NCBI GenBank assembly: GCA_963802945.1
Contig: CAWDKY010000029.1
Coordinates: 160,001-224,000 of the forward strand
DNA: 64,000 nt
DNA from: an uncultured delta proteobacterium
GTDB lineage: Bacteria > Desulfobacterota > RBG-13-43-22
Reading direction: 5' to 3'
Position 1 is the stretch's first letter; each line of letters opens with the position of its first letter. Made by a program: the position numbers and the translations under genes. The notes under the pieces are model-generated. The model saw only the letters and a program-made list of their open reading frames with translations, had not been told where the DNA came from and searched no databases. This document shows positions 48,446 to 60,131 of this stretch, piece by piece.

Positions 48446-50374
48446 TTGACGATGAAAAAAGAAATTAAAATTAACACCGCTAAAAACCAGCACTATCTGT
48501 TAGACAGTATCCATGATCCAAAAGATCTGAAATCCTTATCCATGGCCCAACTGAAGCAGTTGGCAGAAGAGGTCAGGCAGCTGATCATTGAAACGGTTTC
48601 TAAAAATGGAGGCCATCTGGCCCCCAATCTGGGCGTGGTTGAATTAACCATTGCCCTCCATTATGTTTTCAAAAGCCCTGAAGACCAAATTATCTGGGAT
48701 GTGGGACATCAAGCCTATACCCATAAAATTTTAACTGGGAGGAAGGATCAGTTTCCGACGCTAAGAACCTTTGGAGGATTGAGCGGTTTTCCCAAACGGC
48801 AGGAAAGTCTCCATGACGTCTTTAATTCCGGCCACAGCGGGAATTCCATCTCGGTGGGATTGGGGATCAGCGCGGCTAAAGCATTAAAAAAGGAACCCTC
48901 CAAGATCATAGCCGTGATCGGTGATGGATCCATGACCGCTGGTGAGGCCTTTGAAGGATTGAACCAGGCCGGACATCTTGAAAAGGATCTTATTGTCGTT
49001 TTGAACGACAATGAAATGTCCATATCCAAGAATGTGGGGGCCCTTTCCTCTTTTTTGAGTAAACGATTGACCCGTAAGGGCTTTGTGCAGTTCAAAAAAG
49101 AAATGGAGTCCATTTTAAAATCCATTCCCGGCATTGGAGAGAATTTAATCCAGTTGGCCAAAAAAAGTGAGGATTCCTTCACCGGTTTTTTTACCCCAGG
49201 GATGCTTTTTTCCGCCTTGCATTTTGATTATGTCGGACCGGTGAAAGGCCATCAACTGGAGGATCTGATCACCACTTTTGAAAATATCCGTCATATCCAA
49301 GCCCCGGTCCTGGTGCATGTTTTGACCACGAAAGGCAAAGGGTATCCGCCGGCGGAAAAAAACCCCAGCTATTTTCACGGCGTCGGTCCTTTTAACCTGG
49401 AGGCCGATGATCCAACGCTGAAGAAACCTTCTGAAGTTCTCACGTATACTGAAGTGTTCGGTAAAACCATGCTGGCCCTGGCGGAAAACGATCCGAGGAT
49501 AGTAGCCATTTCCGCGGCTATGCCGGAAGGAACCGGATTAAACCTCTTTGCTCAACGATTTCCGCAACGTTTTTTTGATGTGGGAATCGCCGAGCAGCAT
49601 GGCGTTACGTTTGCCTCCGGTCTGGCCTTAGAGGGTCTAAAACCTGTGGTAGCCATTTATTCGACCTTTATCCAAAGGGCCTATGATCAGTTGATGCAGG
49701 ATGTTTGTCTGCCGAATGTCCCGGTCATCTTTGCTTTGGATCGTGCCGGGATTGTCGGTGAGGACGGGCCGACCCATCAAGGTCTTTTTGACCTGTCGTT
49801 TTTGCGATCCATACCCAATCTGGTGGTCATGGCCCCAAAAGACGAAAGAGAATTGAGGGATATGCTCTATTCGGCCCTGAAATATAACCGGCCGGTAGCC
49901 ATCCGCTACCCCAGGGGGGCCGGAGTTGGGGTGCCTTTAGATGGAGAAGCCCAGGCGATTTCTTTGGGGAAATGGGAGACTCTCAGGGAGGGGGAAGACC
50001 TGGCTGTCCTGGCTATCGGGAATACCGTTTATCCGGCCATGGAAGCGGCCGAACAATTGACTTTCAAGGGAAAATCGGCCACGGTGATCAATGCCCGATT
50101 TTTAAAACCTATGGACGAAGGGCTTTTGGCCGAGACAGCCGGAAAATTTTCCACCATCATCACTGTGGAAGAGAACGTAACCCAGGGAGGATTCGGCAGT
50201 GCAGTCATGGAGAAACTTCATCAAATACAGGCCGAGGGGATACGGGTCCGCTCGTTGGGTATTCCCGATTGTTTCGTGGAACAAGGTCCTCCGAAAAAAA
50301 TAAGAAATTTATATAACCTGGATGCTGAAGGGATTTTCAGGGTTATGATGGAAGAGCTTCATGGGACTGAATAA
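48446..50374 (+). CDS. dxs: 1-deoxy-D-xylulose-5-phosphate synthase
   Basis: GGHLAPNLGVVEL, WDVGHQ, GDGSMT, DRAGIVGEDGPTH. Confidence 0.96.
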   Translation: MTMKKEIKINTAKNQHYLLDSIHDPKDLKSLSMAQLKQLAEEVRQLIIETVSKNGGHLAPNLGVVELTIALHYVFKSPEDQIIWDVGHQAYTHKILTGRKDQFPTLRTFGGLSGFPKRQESLHDVFNSGHSGNSISVGLGISAAKALKKEPSKIIAVIGDGSMTAGEAFEGLNQAGHLEKDLIVVLNDNEMSISKNVGALSSFLSKRLTRKGFVQFKKEMESILKSIPGIGENLIQLAKKSEDSFTGFFTPGMLFSALHFDYVGPVKGHQLEDLITTFENIRHIQAPVLVHVLTTKGKGYPPAEKNPSYFHGVGPFNLEADDPTLKKPSEVLTYTEVFGKTMLALAENDPRIVAISAAMPEGTGLNLFAQRFPQRFFDVGIAEQHGVTFASGLALEGLKPVVAIYSTFIQRAYDQLMQDVCLPNVPVIFALDRAGIVGEDGPTHQGLFDLSFLRSIPNLVVMAPKDERELRDMLYSALKYNRPVAIRYPRGAGVGVPLDGEAQAISLGKWETLREGEDLAVLAIGNTVYPAMEAAEQLTFKGKSATVINARFLKPMDEGLLAETAGKFSTIITVEENVTQGGFGSAVMEKLHQIQAEGIRVRSLGIPDCFVEQGPPKKIRNLYNLDAEGIFRVMMEELHGTE

Positions 50375-51119
50375 TCCCAAGGTCCGTTTGGACCGGCTCT
50401 TGGTGGAAAAAGGCCTGGCCCCTTCTCAAGAAAAGGCCAGGGCCTTGATTTATGCCGGGATGGTTAGGGTCAATCAGATACCGGCAGTAAAACCCGGCAA
50501 GGCCATCGATTCCAATTTATCGGTCGAGGTCAAACAAGCGAGTCATCCTTATGTCAGTCGAGGGGGAGTCAAATTAGAAAAGGCCCTGGAAAGCTTTCAG
50601 CTCGAAGTCAAAGACAAGGTGGCCCTGGATGTCGGGGCTTCCACCGGTGGGTTTACCCATTGCCTGCTTTTGAGAGGTGTAAAACGGGTCTATGCCGTTG
50701 ATGTGGGCTATGGCCAACTGGCCTGGGAAATTCGTCAGGATTCCCGGGTAAAGGTCATGGAAAGAAAGAATGTCCGGTTTCTCAGCCTGGCCGACATCGG
50801 CGAGCGGATGGATTTAATTGTGGTTGACACCTCTTTTATATCTTTAAAACTGGTTATCCCGCCCTTGATTTCCATCTTGAAGGATCAGGGAGATTTCGTG
50901 GCCTTGATCAAACCCCAATTTGAAGTGGGTAAAGGGAAGGTCGGCAAGGGGGGCGTGGTAAGAAATGAAGAGGATCAAAAAACGGCGATCGAAAGTTTAA
51001 GTCTTTTTTTTCAGGAAAAAGGCCTTAGGGTTTTAGGAACCATAGAATCCCCTATTCAAGGGGCCAAAGGTAACCGAGAATTTTTTATTCATTTGTTTAA
51101 AGGGAGATTGATTATATGA
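50361..51119 (+). CDS. tlyA: TlyA family rRNA methyltransferase
   Basis: S4 domain, YVSRGG.KL, DVGASTGGFT, LIKPQFE. Confidence 0.94.
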   Translation: MGLNNPKVRLDRLLVEKGLAPSQEKARALIYAGMVRVNQIPAVKPGKAIDSNLSVEVKQASHPYVSRGGVKLEKALESFQLEVKDKVALDVGASTGGFTHCLLLRGVKRVYAVDVGYGQLAWEIRQDSRVKVMERKNVRFLSLADIGERMDLIVVDTSFISLKLVIPPLISILKDQGDFVALIKPQFEVGKGKVGKGGVVRNEEDQKTAIESLSLFFQEKGLRVLGTIESPIQGAKGNREFFIHLFKGRLII

Positions 51120-52309
51120 AATTGGCAGATCGTATAGGAGAGATTAAACCATCTTTAACCTTAGCGGTTGACGCCAAGGCCAAGGCCATGATGCAAGCCG
51201 GTCAGGATATCGTCAGCTTTGGAGCCGGAGAACCGGATTTTGACACCCCGGAACACATTAAAGAGGCGGCTATTCAAGCTATAAGAGAAGGATTTACTAA
51301 ATACACCCCGGTTAGTGGAATCGACGGACTTAAAGAAGCCGTGGCCTTTCGCTTCAAGGAGGACCTGGGTCTCGATTATGGACTTAAGGAGGTTGTGATA
51401 GGCTGCGGAGGGAAACATGTGCTTTATAATATCGCCCAGGCCCTTTGGGGTCCTGGGGATGACATCATCGTGCCGGCCCCTTATTGGGTTTCCTATCCCC
51501 CAATGATCCTTTTGGCCGGTGCTAATCCGATTATTTGCCCCACCCAGGAAGTCAATGGATTTAAATTAACACCGGCAGAACTGAATTCGGCCCTGACGCC
51601 CAACACAAAGGCCATTATCCTGAACAGCCCCTCCAATCCTACCGGGTCCGTCTATTCAAAAAAAGAACTGGAGGCTCTGGGAGAGATCATCTTGAAAAAC
51701 GACTTGACCGTGATCAGTGACGATATTTATGATAAGATACTCTTTGATCATCTGTCTTTTTTCAATTTGGCCATGCTAGGACCTCAGTTTAAAGAAAGGA
51801 CATTGGTCGTCAATGGGGTTTCTAAAACCTATGCCATGACGGGCTGGCGAATTGGTTATCTGGCGGGACCCCAAGATATCATCGGGGCCATTAATAAGAT
51901 ACAAAGCCACAGTACCTCCAACCCGACCTCGATTGCCCAGAAAGCCAGTGTGGCGGCCTTGATGGGACCACAAGACTTTATTAAAAAAATGGTGGCTGAG
52001 TTTGATCAACGTCGGATCTATATCGCCGAACGTCTGAAAGCCCTGCCGGGGGTGAAAACAGCCCTTCCACAGGGGGCTTTTTATATATTTCCTAATTTCT
52101 CAAGCTACTTCGGCCGAAAAACCGGGGACCGGATATTAAAGAATTCACTGGATTTAGCCGAATATCTATTAGAGAATGGTCGGATCGCCGTAGTGCCCGG
52201 AGCGGCCTTTGGGGAAGAGGACTGTTTACGCTTTTCCTATGCCACATCTTTGCAGCAGATTGAGAAAGGAATGGATCGGCTGGAAAAGGCCCTTGGAGTG
52301 CTTTTATAA
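51116..52309 (+). CDS. Class I PLP-dependent (aspartate) aminotransferase
   Basis: GEPDF, NSPSNPTG, SKTYAMTGWRIG. Confidence 0.93.
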   Translation: MKLADRIGEIKPSLTLAVDAKAKAMMQAGQDIVSFGAGEPDFDTPEHIKEAAIQAIREGFTKYTPVSGIDGLKEAVAFRFKEDLGLDYGLKEVVIGCGGKHVLYNIAQALWGPGDDIIVPAPYWVSYPPMILLAGANPIICPTQEVNGFKLTPAELNSALTPNTKAIILNSPSNPTGSVYSKKELEALGEIILKNDLTVISDDIYDKILFDHLSFFNLAMLGPQFKERTLVVNGVSKTYAMTGWRIGYLAGPQDIIGAINKIQSHSTSNPTSIAQKASVAALMGPQDFIKKMVAEFDQRRIYIAERLKALPGVKTALPQGAFYIFPNFSSYFGRKTGDRILKNSLDLAEYLLENGRIAVVPGAAFGEEDCLRFSYATSLQQIEKGMDRLEKALGVLL

Positions 52310-52386
52310 TGTTTAAAGGGGGGAAGAAACGTCCCGAAAGAGGCAGAATCTTGGGTTTAAGGCGGTTTCCTTGATTCTCTTTTTCT

Positions 52387-52767
52387 TTAAGCGGTTATAT
52401 TTTTTCTGGTGAGAGCCTTCTTGAACCGGCAAGAAGGCTCATGGCACCAGGGGTTTTTCTGGTTTCCAGAGGGAAACCTTAGTCGGGCACTGCGCTTGGA
52501 GGCCTTCAATGGATTGATCTTGGCGGCGGTTTGGACCGAGGATTTTTTAATATGAGTGGCTAAGTTGCAGTTTCCCAATTTCCATTTTTGGGAAGGATCG
52601 GGATAGGAAAGGCAGTATATTCCACTGTCGAATTCCTTGCCCCGGTCACAGCCTTCACATTGTTCGATTACAGGATGACAGGATCCTCCATTAAACGAAC
52701 ACCCCTTGGGGCTCATGAAGGTACAGGCGACGCCGGATTTTACGGTTGAACAAACCATGGGAATCAC
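52387..52767 (-). CDS. PxxKW family cysteine-rich protein (C-terminus possibly extended by an indel)
   Basis: 'C.FM...GCSFNGGSC', 'PSQKW..GNCNLATH', 'KINPLKASKR'. Confidence 0.85.
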   Translation of the reverse strand: MIPMVCSTVKSGVACTFMSPKGCSFNGGSCHPVIEQCEGCDRGKEFDSGIYCLSYPDPSQKWKLGNCNLATHIKKSSVQTAAKINPLKASKRSARLRFPSGNQKNPWCHEPSCRFKKALTRKNITA

Positions 52768-53032
52768 CCCCTTTCTATAAATTTTTGGATAGTAATGTTA
52801 AATTTTTATTTTGTCAACTATTTTTTTAATTAAAAATAATCGTGATCGAAAAAAACAATGTCCCTTTGGGGTATAAGGTGATATAAAAAATTTTAGAGAC
52901 CAGAGGTTCAGAGTACAAGGATTAAGGCTGAAGGGAAAACTTATCCTTTTTACCTTAGACCAACCCATCCCTTGACTCCTCGAACTCTTGACCTCTTTCT
53001 CCCTAGACCACTAAGCAAAAGCCGTCACTTTT

Positions 53033-54728
53033 ATGTTTAAAAGCAACCGTATTGGCGAATTATTACTCCGGGAACAAAAGATCACTTCCAAACAGTTGGA
53101 AGAGGTTTTGGCCGAACAAAAAAGCCAAGGGGGGGGGCTAAAATCGGCAACCTTTTAATTCAGAAAGGATTTATCGACGAAGAAACCCTTTTAGGTTTTT
53201 TATCCAAACAATTCGAATTGCCGATTATCGATCTTTCTCGGCTTGAGTTTGATGCGACCTTGGCCAATTTGATCCCGGACAATATTGCCCGAAAATATGA
53301 GATCTTGCCCATCGGTAAAGAAGGGAGCACTTTAAAGATAGCTATCTCCGATCCTTCCAATATTTTTGCCTTGGATGATCTGAAATTTTTAACGGGAAGC
53401 AATATCCAGTTGTTTCTTTCCACTGAAAAACATCTCAGGGAAGCCCTGGACAAACACTACAAACTTGACTTCCACACTGAACCAGGCCTTTAAAAGATTA
53501 AAGGAAGAAGTCGATTATATCCAGCCTGATGAAGAAATGGATGAGACTCAATTTGGGAAATGCCGCCAAAGAGGCTCCGGTAGTTAAACTGGCCAATCTT
53601 CTCCTTATCGATGCCATCAAAAGGGGGGCCAGCGATATCCATTTTGAGCCCTATGACCGCGCCTTCCGCGTACGATATCGAATTGACGGGCTCTCTCTAT
53701 GAGATTATGAATCCCCCGGCTAAACTGAAAAATGCCCTGGTTTCCCGTTTAAAGATTATGTCTAATCTCAATATTGCCGAAAGAAGGCTCCCCAAGATGG
53801 TCGGTTAAAATTGCGTTTTGGAGAAAACCGAGAAATGGATTTTCGAGTTTCGGTATTGCCGACCCTGTTTGGAGAAAAAGTGGTTTTGCGCCTTCTGGAT
53901 AAGACGAACCTCCAGGTTGATTTGGAACGACTTGGTTTTGAACCGGAGGCTCTGGTCAAATTTTATGAGGGAGTCCATAAACCCTATGGGATGATCTTGG
54001 TAACCGGTCCTACGGGGAGCGGTAAAACGACGACCCTTTATTCCACCTTGGGTGAATTGAACAAAACCACCGAAAACATTTCTACCGCCGAGGATCCGGT
54101 TGAATTAAATATTTTCGGGATCAATCAGGTTCAGGTTCACGAAGAAATCGGCTTGACCTTTTCCAATGTGTTGCGTTCCTTTCTTCGTCAAGACCCAGAT
54201 ATCATTATGGTGGGTGAGATTCGGGATAAGGATACGGCTGAAATTTCCATCAAGGCGGCTTTAACCGGACATCTGGTCCTGAGCACCCTTCATACCAACG
54301 ATGCCTCCAATACCGTTACCCGATTATTGGATATGGGAGTCGAACCTTTTTTGGTCGCTTCTTCGATCAATTTGGTGGTGGCCCAGAGACTGGTTAGAAA
54401 ATTATGTCCCAACTGCAAAAAAAAGGTTGAAAAATCCACTGATCTTTTTAAAGAGTTCAATCTAGATCCTACCATTCATACACTTTCGGAAAAAGTCGGC
54501 TGCCCCGCCTGCAATTTTTCAGGATTTAAGGGACGAATTGCCATCTATGAAGTCTTGCCTTTTTTTGAGAAACTCAAAGAACTGATCTTCGAAAGGGCCT
54601 CGGCGGCCGAAATAAAAAGAATGGCCCGTATCGAGGGGATGAAGACTCTTCGGGAGAGCGGATTAACCAAAGTACTGGAAGGGGTAACCACTTTGGAAGA
54701 AGTCATCAAGGTTACGGATAAAGATTAA
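53033..54728 (+). CDS. pilB: Type IV pilus assembly ATPase (several frameshifts)
   Basis: 'RIGELLL' start; MshEN-like pieces; [39 protein letters not shown]. Confidence 0.9.
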
Positions 54729-54731
54729 CTC

Positions 54732-55940
54732 ATGCCGAACTATACCTGGGAAGGAAAATCAAAACAGGGAGAGACGAAAAAAGGGGAACTGGTGGCCGAT
54801 AATCTGGCCATTGCCCGTTTACAACTTCGGAAATTGGGTATCCTTCCTAATCGTATTCAGGAAAAACGGGAAAAGTCTGCTAAAAAAGTTACTGTCCGTA
54901 AAAAAATTCCCAAAAAATTGATCGTTGTTTTTACTCGACAGTTCGCTACGATGATCAATGCCGGTCTCCCTTTGGTCCAATGCTTAAATATTCTGGCCAA
55001 TCAACAAGAGAATGCCGCTTTTTCAAATGTCATCACTCAAATCAAAGGGGATGTGGAAAGCGGTAAATCATTAGCCGAAGCCTTAAGAAATCATCCCAGA
55101 GTCTTTGATCAGCTTTATACCAATCTGGTGGAGGCCGGTGAAACAGGCGGCATATTGGATGTGATATTAAATCGGCTGTCCAGCTATATTGAAAAGACCG
55201 AGAAACTTAAAAAGAAAGTCAAAGGGGCTATGGTCTACCCGGCTGTTGTTTCAGGGATTGCGGTGGTGGTTACGGCGATTATTTTACTTTTTGTTATCCC
55301 GATTTTTGAAAAAATGTTTTCCGAAGTCGGGCAAGCCCTGCCGGCCCCCACCCAATTTGTAATCGCCCTCAGCCGTTTTGTAAGTAATAATTTTATCTAT
55401 ATCATTTTAGGATTTGGGGCCTTTATTTATCTTCTACGCCGCTTTTATCGGACCGACAAAGGCAAATACTTAATGGACGATCTTTTTTTGAAATTGCCGA
55501 TTTTCGGCATTCTTCTTAGGAAGGTGGCTGTGGCCAAGTTTACCCGGACCTTTGGGACCATGGTTAGCAGCGGGGTACCTATCCTGGAAGCCATGGATAT
55601 TGTAGCTAGGTCGGCCGGAAACAAGGTGGTAGAAAAGGCCATTTTTAATGCCAGAGGAAGTATCGCTCAAGGAAGAACGATTTCAGAACCGTTGGCGGAA
55701 AGCAGGGTGTTCCCCCCTATGGTGACCCAGATGATCGGGGTTGGGGAGGCCTCCGGTGAACTGGATACCATGCTTAACAAAATCGCTGATTTTTATGACG
55801 AAGATGTGGATGCCGCCGTCAATACGCTCACTTCCATGATGGAGCCGATTATGATGGTCGTTCTGGGGGGGATTGTCGGTGGGTTGGTCATTTCCATGTA
55901 TCTGCCGATCTTTAAAATGGGGGAAGCTATTAAAGGATAA
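54732..55940 (+). CDS. pilC: Type IV pilus inner-membrane platform protein
   Basis: 'FTRQFATMINAGLPL', 'AGETGGILD', 'MYLPIF'. Confidence 0.94.
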   Translation: MPNYTWEGKSKQGETKKGELVADNLAIARLQLRKLGILPNRIQEKREKSAKKVTVRKKIPKKLIVVFTRQFATMINAGLPLVQCLNILANQQENAAFSNVITQIKGDVESGKSLAEALRNHPRVFDQLYTNLVEAGETGGILDVILNRLSSYIEKTEKLKKKVKGAMVYPAVVSGIAVVVTAIILLFVIPIFEKMFSEVGQALPAPTQFVIALSRFVSNNFIYIILGFGAFIYLLRRFYRTDKGKYLMDDLFLKLPIFGILLRKVAVAKFTRTFGTMVSSGVPILEAMDIVARSAGNKVVEKAIFNARGSIAQGRTISEPLAESRVFPPMVTQMIGVGEASGELDTMLNKIADFYDEDVDAAVNTLTSMMEPIMMVVLGGIVGGLVISMYLPIFKMGEAIKG

Positions 55941-56007
55941 TCATTTTCTGATCGCTGGGCTGACCCCACCCCGACTTTTGGCCATAGTATCTTGAGTTAA
56001 CCAGTCT

Positions 56008-57738
56008 ATGAAAATTGCTTTTCCCGTTATTTACCCCAGTACATCCGAGGAAGTCTCTTCGAGGAACTGGTTTTATATCGAAGAAGACTTCTTGAGAAAA
56101 ATGAGGTGGCTTGTTTTATGGCGGTTGGTTTTTATTTCATTCTTTCTCTTACTGACTGTGTTGCTTCCTGAAAAAGAGGATCTTTTTCTCTTTCCTTTTT
56201 CTTCTTCCCCATTATATGTCCTGATTGCTCTCCAATATTTTTTTTCGATCCTCTATCTTCTTTTTCTGTTGAGGGCCGAGACCGGCCAATGGATTGCTTT
56301 TGTTCAGTTGTTCATAGACGGATTTTTTGTAACGGCTGTAGTCTATGTTACCGGTGGCATAGAGAGTTTTTTCTCCTACCTCTATTTTTTAGTCATTTTG
56401 GCTGGCGGTATCCTCTTTTTTCGGCTGGGGGGATTATTAACCGCTCTTTATGCCTTGGTTTTATATGCCGTTCTTCTTTTGCTTCAAGGTTTAGGGAAAA
56501 TCCCATTTTATTATGGACTGACCAATCCGTCTTATTTCTATTCTCAAAAATATCTTTTATATCAAATTGTCATGAATGGGATAGGATTTTTGGGGGTGGG
56601 CTATCTGAGTAGCATCTTTTCCGAACAGGTTTTAAAACAAAGGGGCCAGATAGAAATTCAGAAAAAAAATATTAATCAACTGGAAGCCATGAATCGACTG
56701 ATTATCGAGAACCTGGATATGGGATTAATCACTCTGGACCATGAAGATAAAATACAGAGCATTAACCGGGCCGGTGAGAAAATTCTTGGCCGTGATTCGA
56801 GTGATTTAAAAAATAAGCCCTTGATCACCATATTTCCTGATTTGGATAATGAACCCGGCCTCAATATGACTGCGGAGAGGAAACGTCTGGAGACCTCCTA
56901 TGTTAATCCTGATGGCTTAGTTTCAACGATAGGTTTTTTCTTTAATCGGGTAAAAGAAGATCAATCTTACGGGATTGGGAAAATATTTTCTTTTAAAGAT
57001 ATATCTCAAATCAAAGCCATGGAGGAGCGCCTGCGACAGGTAGATCGTTTGGCCTTGATGGGAAAAATGGCCGCCGGAATCGCCCACGAAGTTAGAAACC
57101 CCTTGGCTTCGATCAGTGGATCGATCCAGGTTTTGAAGGATGATTTTAAAGAAAAAGAGACAGGGGAACGCCTTTTACAAATTATTTCCCGGGAAGTAAC
57201 CAAACTGGATTCATTGATGAGTGATTTTTTGACGTTTACCCGATCGGTTCAAGTGATCGAATCCCCGATCAATATTTCAGATGTCATTTTAGAAACGGTT
57301 GAACTAATTAAAAATAGTAGAGAAATACCCACGAGTATGACCTGGAAATTAGATATCGAATCTAATCTTTTACTTAAAATTTCAGCCGGCGAGTTGTCTC
57401 AGGTTTTATGGAATCTTCTGATGAATGCCCTGCAGGCTGTTCCTTCAAACGGCGAGATCTTCGTTGAGGCTCGATATGGTCTGACAGAATTGCATGAGAA
57501 TGGGGTTGAAATCAAAGTAAGAGACAGTGGCCCCGGTATCAGCGAGATGGATCAGGTTAAAATTTTTGAGCCTTTTTTTACGACCAAAGATCGAGGGACA
57601 GGTCTTGGATTAAGTATTGTTCAAAAAATTATTTCCGATCGGGGGGGTAAAATCCAGGTGGACAGTTCTCCGGGAAAAGGGACGGAATTCGCCGTTTTTT
57701 TTCCAAAAGGGGCCGATAAGTTTAAGGTGGGACATTGA
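56008..57738 (+). CDS. pilS: PilS-like sensor histidine kinase
   Basis: TM region with 'TGGIESFFSYLY', PAS, 'IAHEVRNPL', 'GTGLGL'; follows pilC. Confidence 0.85.
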   Translation: MKIAFPVIYPSTSEEVSSRNWFYIEEDFLRKMRWLVLWRLVFISFFLLLTVLLPEKEDLFLFPFSSSPLYVLIALQYFFSILYLLFLLRAETGQWIAFVQLFIDGFFVTAVVYVTGGIESFFSYLYFLVILAGGILFFRLGGLLTALYALVLYAVLLLLQGLGKIPFYYGLTNPSYFYSQKYLLYQIVMNGIGFLGVGYLSSIFSEQVLKQRGQIEIQKKNINQLEAMNRLIIENLDMGLITLDHEDKIQSINRAGEKILGRDSSDLKNKPLITIFPDLDNEPGLNMTAERKRLETSYVNPDGLVSTIGFFFNRVKEDQSYGIGKIFSFKDISQIKAMEERLRQVDRLALMGKMAAGIAHEVRNPLASISGSIQVLKDDFKEKETGERLLQIISREVTKLDSLMSDFLTFTRSVQVIESPINISDVILETVELIKNSREIPTSMTWKLDIESNLLLKISAGELSQVLWNLLMNALQAVPSNGEIFVEARYGLTELHENGVEIKVRDSGPGISEMDQVKIFEPFFTTKDRGTGLGLSIVQKIISDRGGKIQVDSSPGKGTEFAVFFPKGADKFKVGH

Positions 57739-57767
57739 CAAGCTAAGAGGTTTGAGATAAAAAATCT

Positions 57768-58406
57768 ATGATCAGTATTATCGACTACAAAGCAGGCAAC
57801 CTGACCAGCGTGGAAAGGGCTTTGAAAAAATTGTCCATCCCCTGCCGGATTACCCATGATCCAAAATTAGTCCTGCAATCGGATCGGGTGATTTTCCCGG
57901 GGGTCGGTGCTGCCGGCGAGGCCATGAAAGCCCTCAGGGCCACAGGAATGGATGAAGCCCTCAAGGCTTTTTTTCTTTCCGGACGTCCCCTGCTGGGGAT
58001 CTGCCTGGGAACTCAGGTTATTCTGGATTTCAGCCAAGAGAATCAAACCGCCTGCTTGGGGATCCTTCCCGGGGAAGTGATCCGTTTCCCCAACCCGCAT
58101 TTAGACGAGCAGGGGAAGACATTAAAAATTCCTCACATGGGCTGGAACCGGGTGGAATGGAATCGGGATCATCCCCTGGTTCGGTTCATACCGCCGCAGA
58201 GCACTTTTTATTTTGTCCATGCCTATTATCCTGTTCCCCGTGAAGAAAAACATGTCTTGGGTCGGACTCATTACGGCTTTTCTTTCCCTTCGGCCCTAGC
58301 TTGTAGGAATTTAGTGGCCCTTCAGTTTCATCCCGAAAAGAGCGGATCTTCGGGACTGGCCTTGTTAAGGGCCTTTTCCCAGTGGGAGGGCCGAGATGCT
58401 GACTAA
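57768..58406 (+). CDS. hisH: Imidazole glycerol phosphate synthase glutaminase subunit
   Basis: IIDY..GNL, PGVG, GICLG, QFHPEKS. Confidence 0.94.
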   Translation: MISIIDYKAGNLTSVERALKKLSIPCRITHDPKLVLQSDRVIFPGVGAAGEAMKALRATGMDEALKAFFLSGRPLLGICLGTQVILDFSQENQTACLGILPGEVIRFPNPHLDEQGKTLKIPHMGWNRVEWNRDHPLVRFIPPQSTFYFVHAYYPVPREEKHVLGRTHYGFSFPSALACRNLVALQFHPEKSGSSGLALLRAFSQWEGRDAD

Positions 58407-59175
58407 GCGCATTATTCCCTGCCTGGATGTACGGGATGGAAAAACCACCAAGGGGATCCGTTTTAAAAATAATATTGACATCGGAGACCCGGTGGAAATG
58501 GCCCGCTTTTATTATGAAGCAGGGGCCGATGAACTGGTTTTCTACGATATCACGGCCTCAGCGGAAAAAAGGGGGATTATGATCGAAGTGGTTCGGCGCG
58601 TGGCTGAGGAAATATTTATACCTTTTTCCGTGGGCGGAGGAATTTCCTGCCTAGAAGATATGCGGCAGGTCCTTCTGGCCGGTGCGGAAAAGGTCAGCAT
58701 TAATTCGGCGGCGGTAAAAAATCCAGCCTTGATCCAGGAGGGGGCCCAGGCCTTTGGCGGGCAATGCATTGTATTGGGGATGGATGTGAAGAAAGTACCG
58801 GCCAAGGCCTCCCTTTCTTCGGGCTATGAAATAGTCATTCATGGAGGTCGGACGTTTACCGGTATTGATGCCTTATGGTGGGCCAAAGAGACTGAGCGGC
58901 TGGGGGCCGGTGAAATTTGTTTAAATTCCATTGATGCCGATGGTACCCAAAAAGGCTATGAAATGGCCTTGACCGCCTTGATTTCTGATGCTGTTTCCAT
59001 ACCCGTCATTGCTTCCGGCGGGGCCGGCTCCCCAGAAGATATTTGTCAGGTTCTTGGGCAAGGGAAGGCAGATGCCGCCCTGATCGCCTCTATGACCCAT
59101 TATGGGACCTATACCATCCGGCAAATCAAGGACTATTTAAAAGACCATGGGGTGCCGGTGAGGACTCTCTGGTAG
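58396..59175 (+). CDS. hisF: Imidazole glycerol phosphate synthase cyclase subunit
   Basis: [31 protein letters not shown]. Confidence 0.95.
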   Translation: MLTKRIIPCLDVRDGKTTKGIRFKNNIDIGDPVEMARFYYEAGADELVFYDITASAEKRGIMIEVVRRVAEEIFIPFSVGGGISCLEDMRQVLLAGAEKVSINSAAVKNPALIQEGAQAFGGQCIVLGMDVKKVPAKASLSSGYEIVIHGGRTFTGIDALWWAKETERLGAGEICLNSIDADGTQKGYEMALTALISDAVSIPVIASGGAGSPEDICQVLGQGKADAALIASMTHYGTYTIRQIKDYLKDHGVPVRTLW

Positions 59176-59229
59176 GCCCTTGAGGATCATGGGTTTGGAT
59201 TCAATTTGTTGGGAACAGAGGAAATGATA

Positions 59230-60027
59230 ATGTTTGAGCCAAAAAGTTTTTTCGATTTTTCGGATTGGGAACATCAAGAACTTTTCTCCGGCGTTGAGCA
59301 GATCTGGGAAGTTGTGCCGAGGATAAACCCCTATTTGCAATCCAGGATTCGTTCCAATTTGGAAGGCGTTTTCCCTGAAGGATCGTTTTTAACCCGGATG
59401 ATTATTTTGCACCAAGGGCGGGTTTTGGAAAAGGGCTTCTCCATTATCCCCGGAGATGCCACCAAAGGACAATTTAAGGTTTTTTATGAAAACCAGGAAC
59501 TGAAAGATGCCATTGTATTCTTTGCCGGGGTTACCCTGGTTGGAAAAGCTATTTTTGTAGGCCAGGGGACGGTGGTAGAAACGGGGGCTTATATCCAAAG
59601 TCCGGCCTTTATTGGTCGACAAACCGAGGTACGCCAGGGGGCTTATCTGCGAGGCGGTTGCTTGGTGGGAGATCGTTGTGTCGTGGGCCATGTGACTGAA
59701 ATGAAAAATTCGGTTATGCTGGACGGGGCCAAGGCCGGTCATTTCGCTTACATCGGAGACAGCCTTGTGGGAAAAGACTGCAATCTGGGGGCCGGCACCA
59801 AACTGGCCAATCTTAAAGTGGTTAATAGTACCATCAAGGTGAAGAGTACCAATAAAAAAATATATGACACTGGCCTCAGGAAATTTGGTGCAGTTCTGGG
59901 GGATCATACCGAGACCGGGTGCAATTCCGTCACCAATCCCGGAACATTGTTAGGGCCGAAATGTATTGTGGGGCCTAATGCCACGGTTAAGGCCGGATAT
60001 TATCCTCGTCGTTCGGTTATTCGGTAA
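59230..60027 (+). CDS. GlmU-like left-handed beta-helix (hexapeptide) acyltransferase
   Basis: 'HFAYIGDSLVG..CNLGAGT..ANL', 'TGLRKFGAVLGD...GCNSVTNPG'. Confidence 0.8.
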   Translation: MFEPKSFFDFSDWEHQELFSGVEQIWEVVPRINPYLQSRIRSNLEGVFPEGSFLTRMIILHQGRVLEKGFSIIPGDATKGQFKVFYENQELKDAIVFFAGVTLVGKAIFVGQGTVVETGAYIQSPAFIGRQTEVRQGAYLRGGCLVGDRCVVGHVTEMKNSVMLDGAKAGHFAYIGDSLVGKDCNLGAGTKLANLKVVNSTIKVKSTNKKIYDTGLRKFGAVLGDHTETGCNSVTNPGTLLGPKCIVGPNATVKAGYYPRRSVIR

Positions 60028-60131
60028 TTCCGATTTCGATCCTAGTGGATAGCTAAAAGGCTATTGCTTATAGGAAGCAGGGATGCTTTTGTCTTTTATC
60101 GAAGAAAAAAATATTTTTTGGAAGTGACCTA

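Noticed and set aside
17695-54728. Frameshifts in the FdhA-like gene, mutM, trmJ, oppA, oppD/F and pilB as programmed frameshifting, phase variation or genome decay
   Set aside because: They are scattered single-base indels in otherwise intact genes, some in homopolymers such as the G run at ~53129-53137. Sequencing or assembly error is the simpler explanation; read data are needed.
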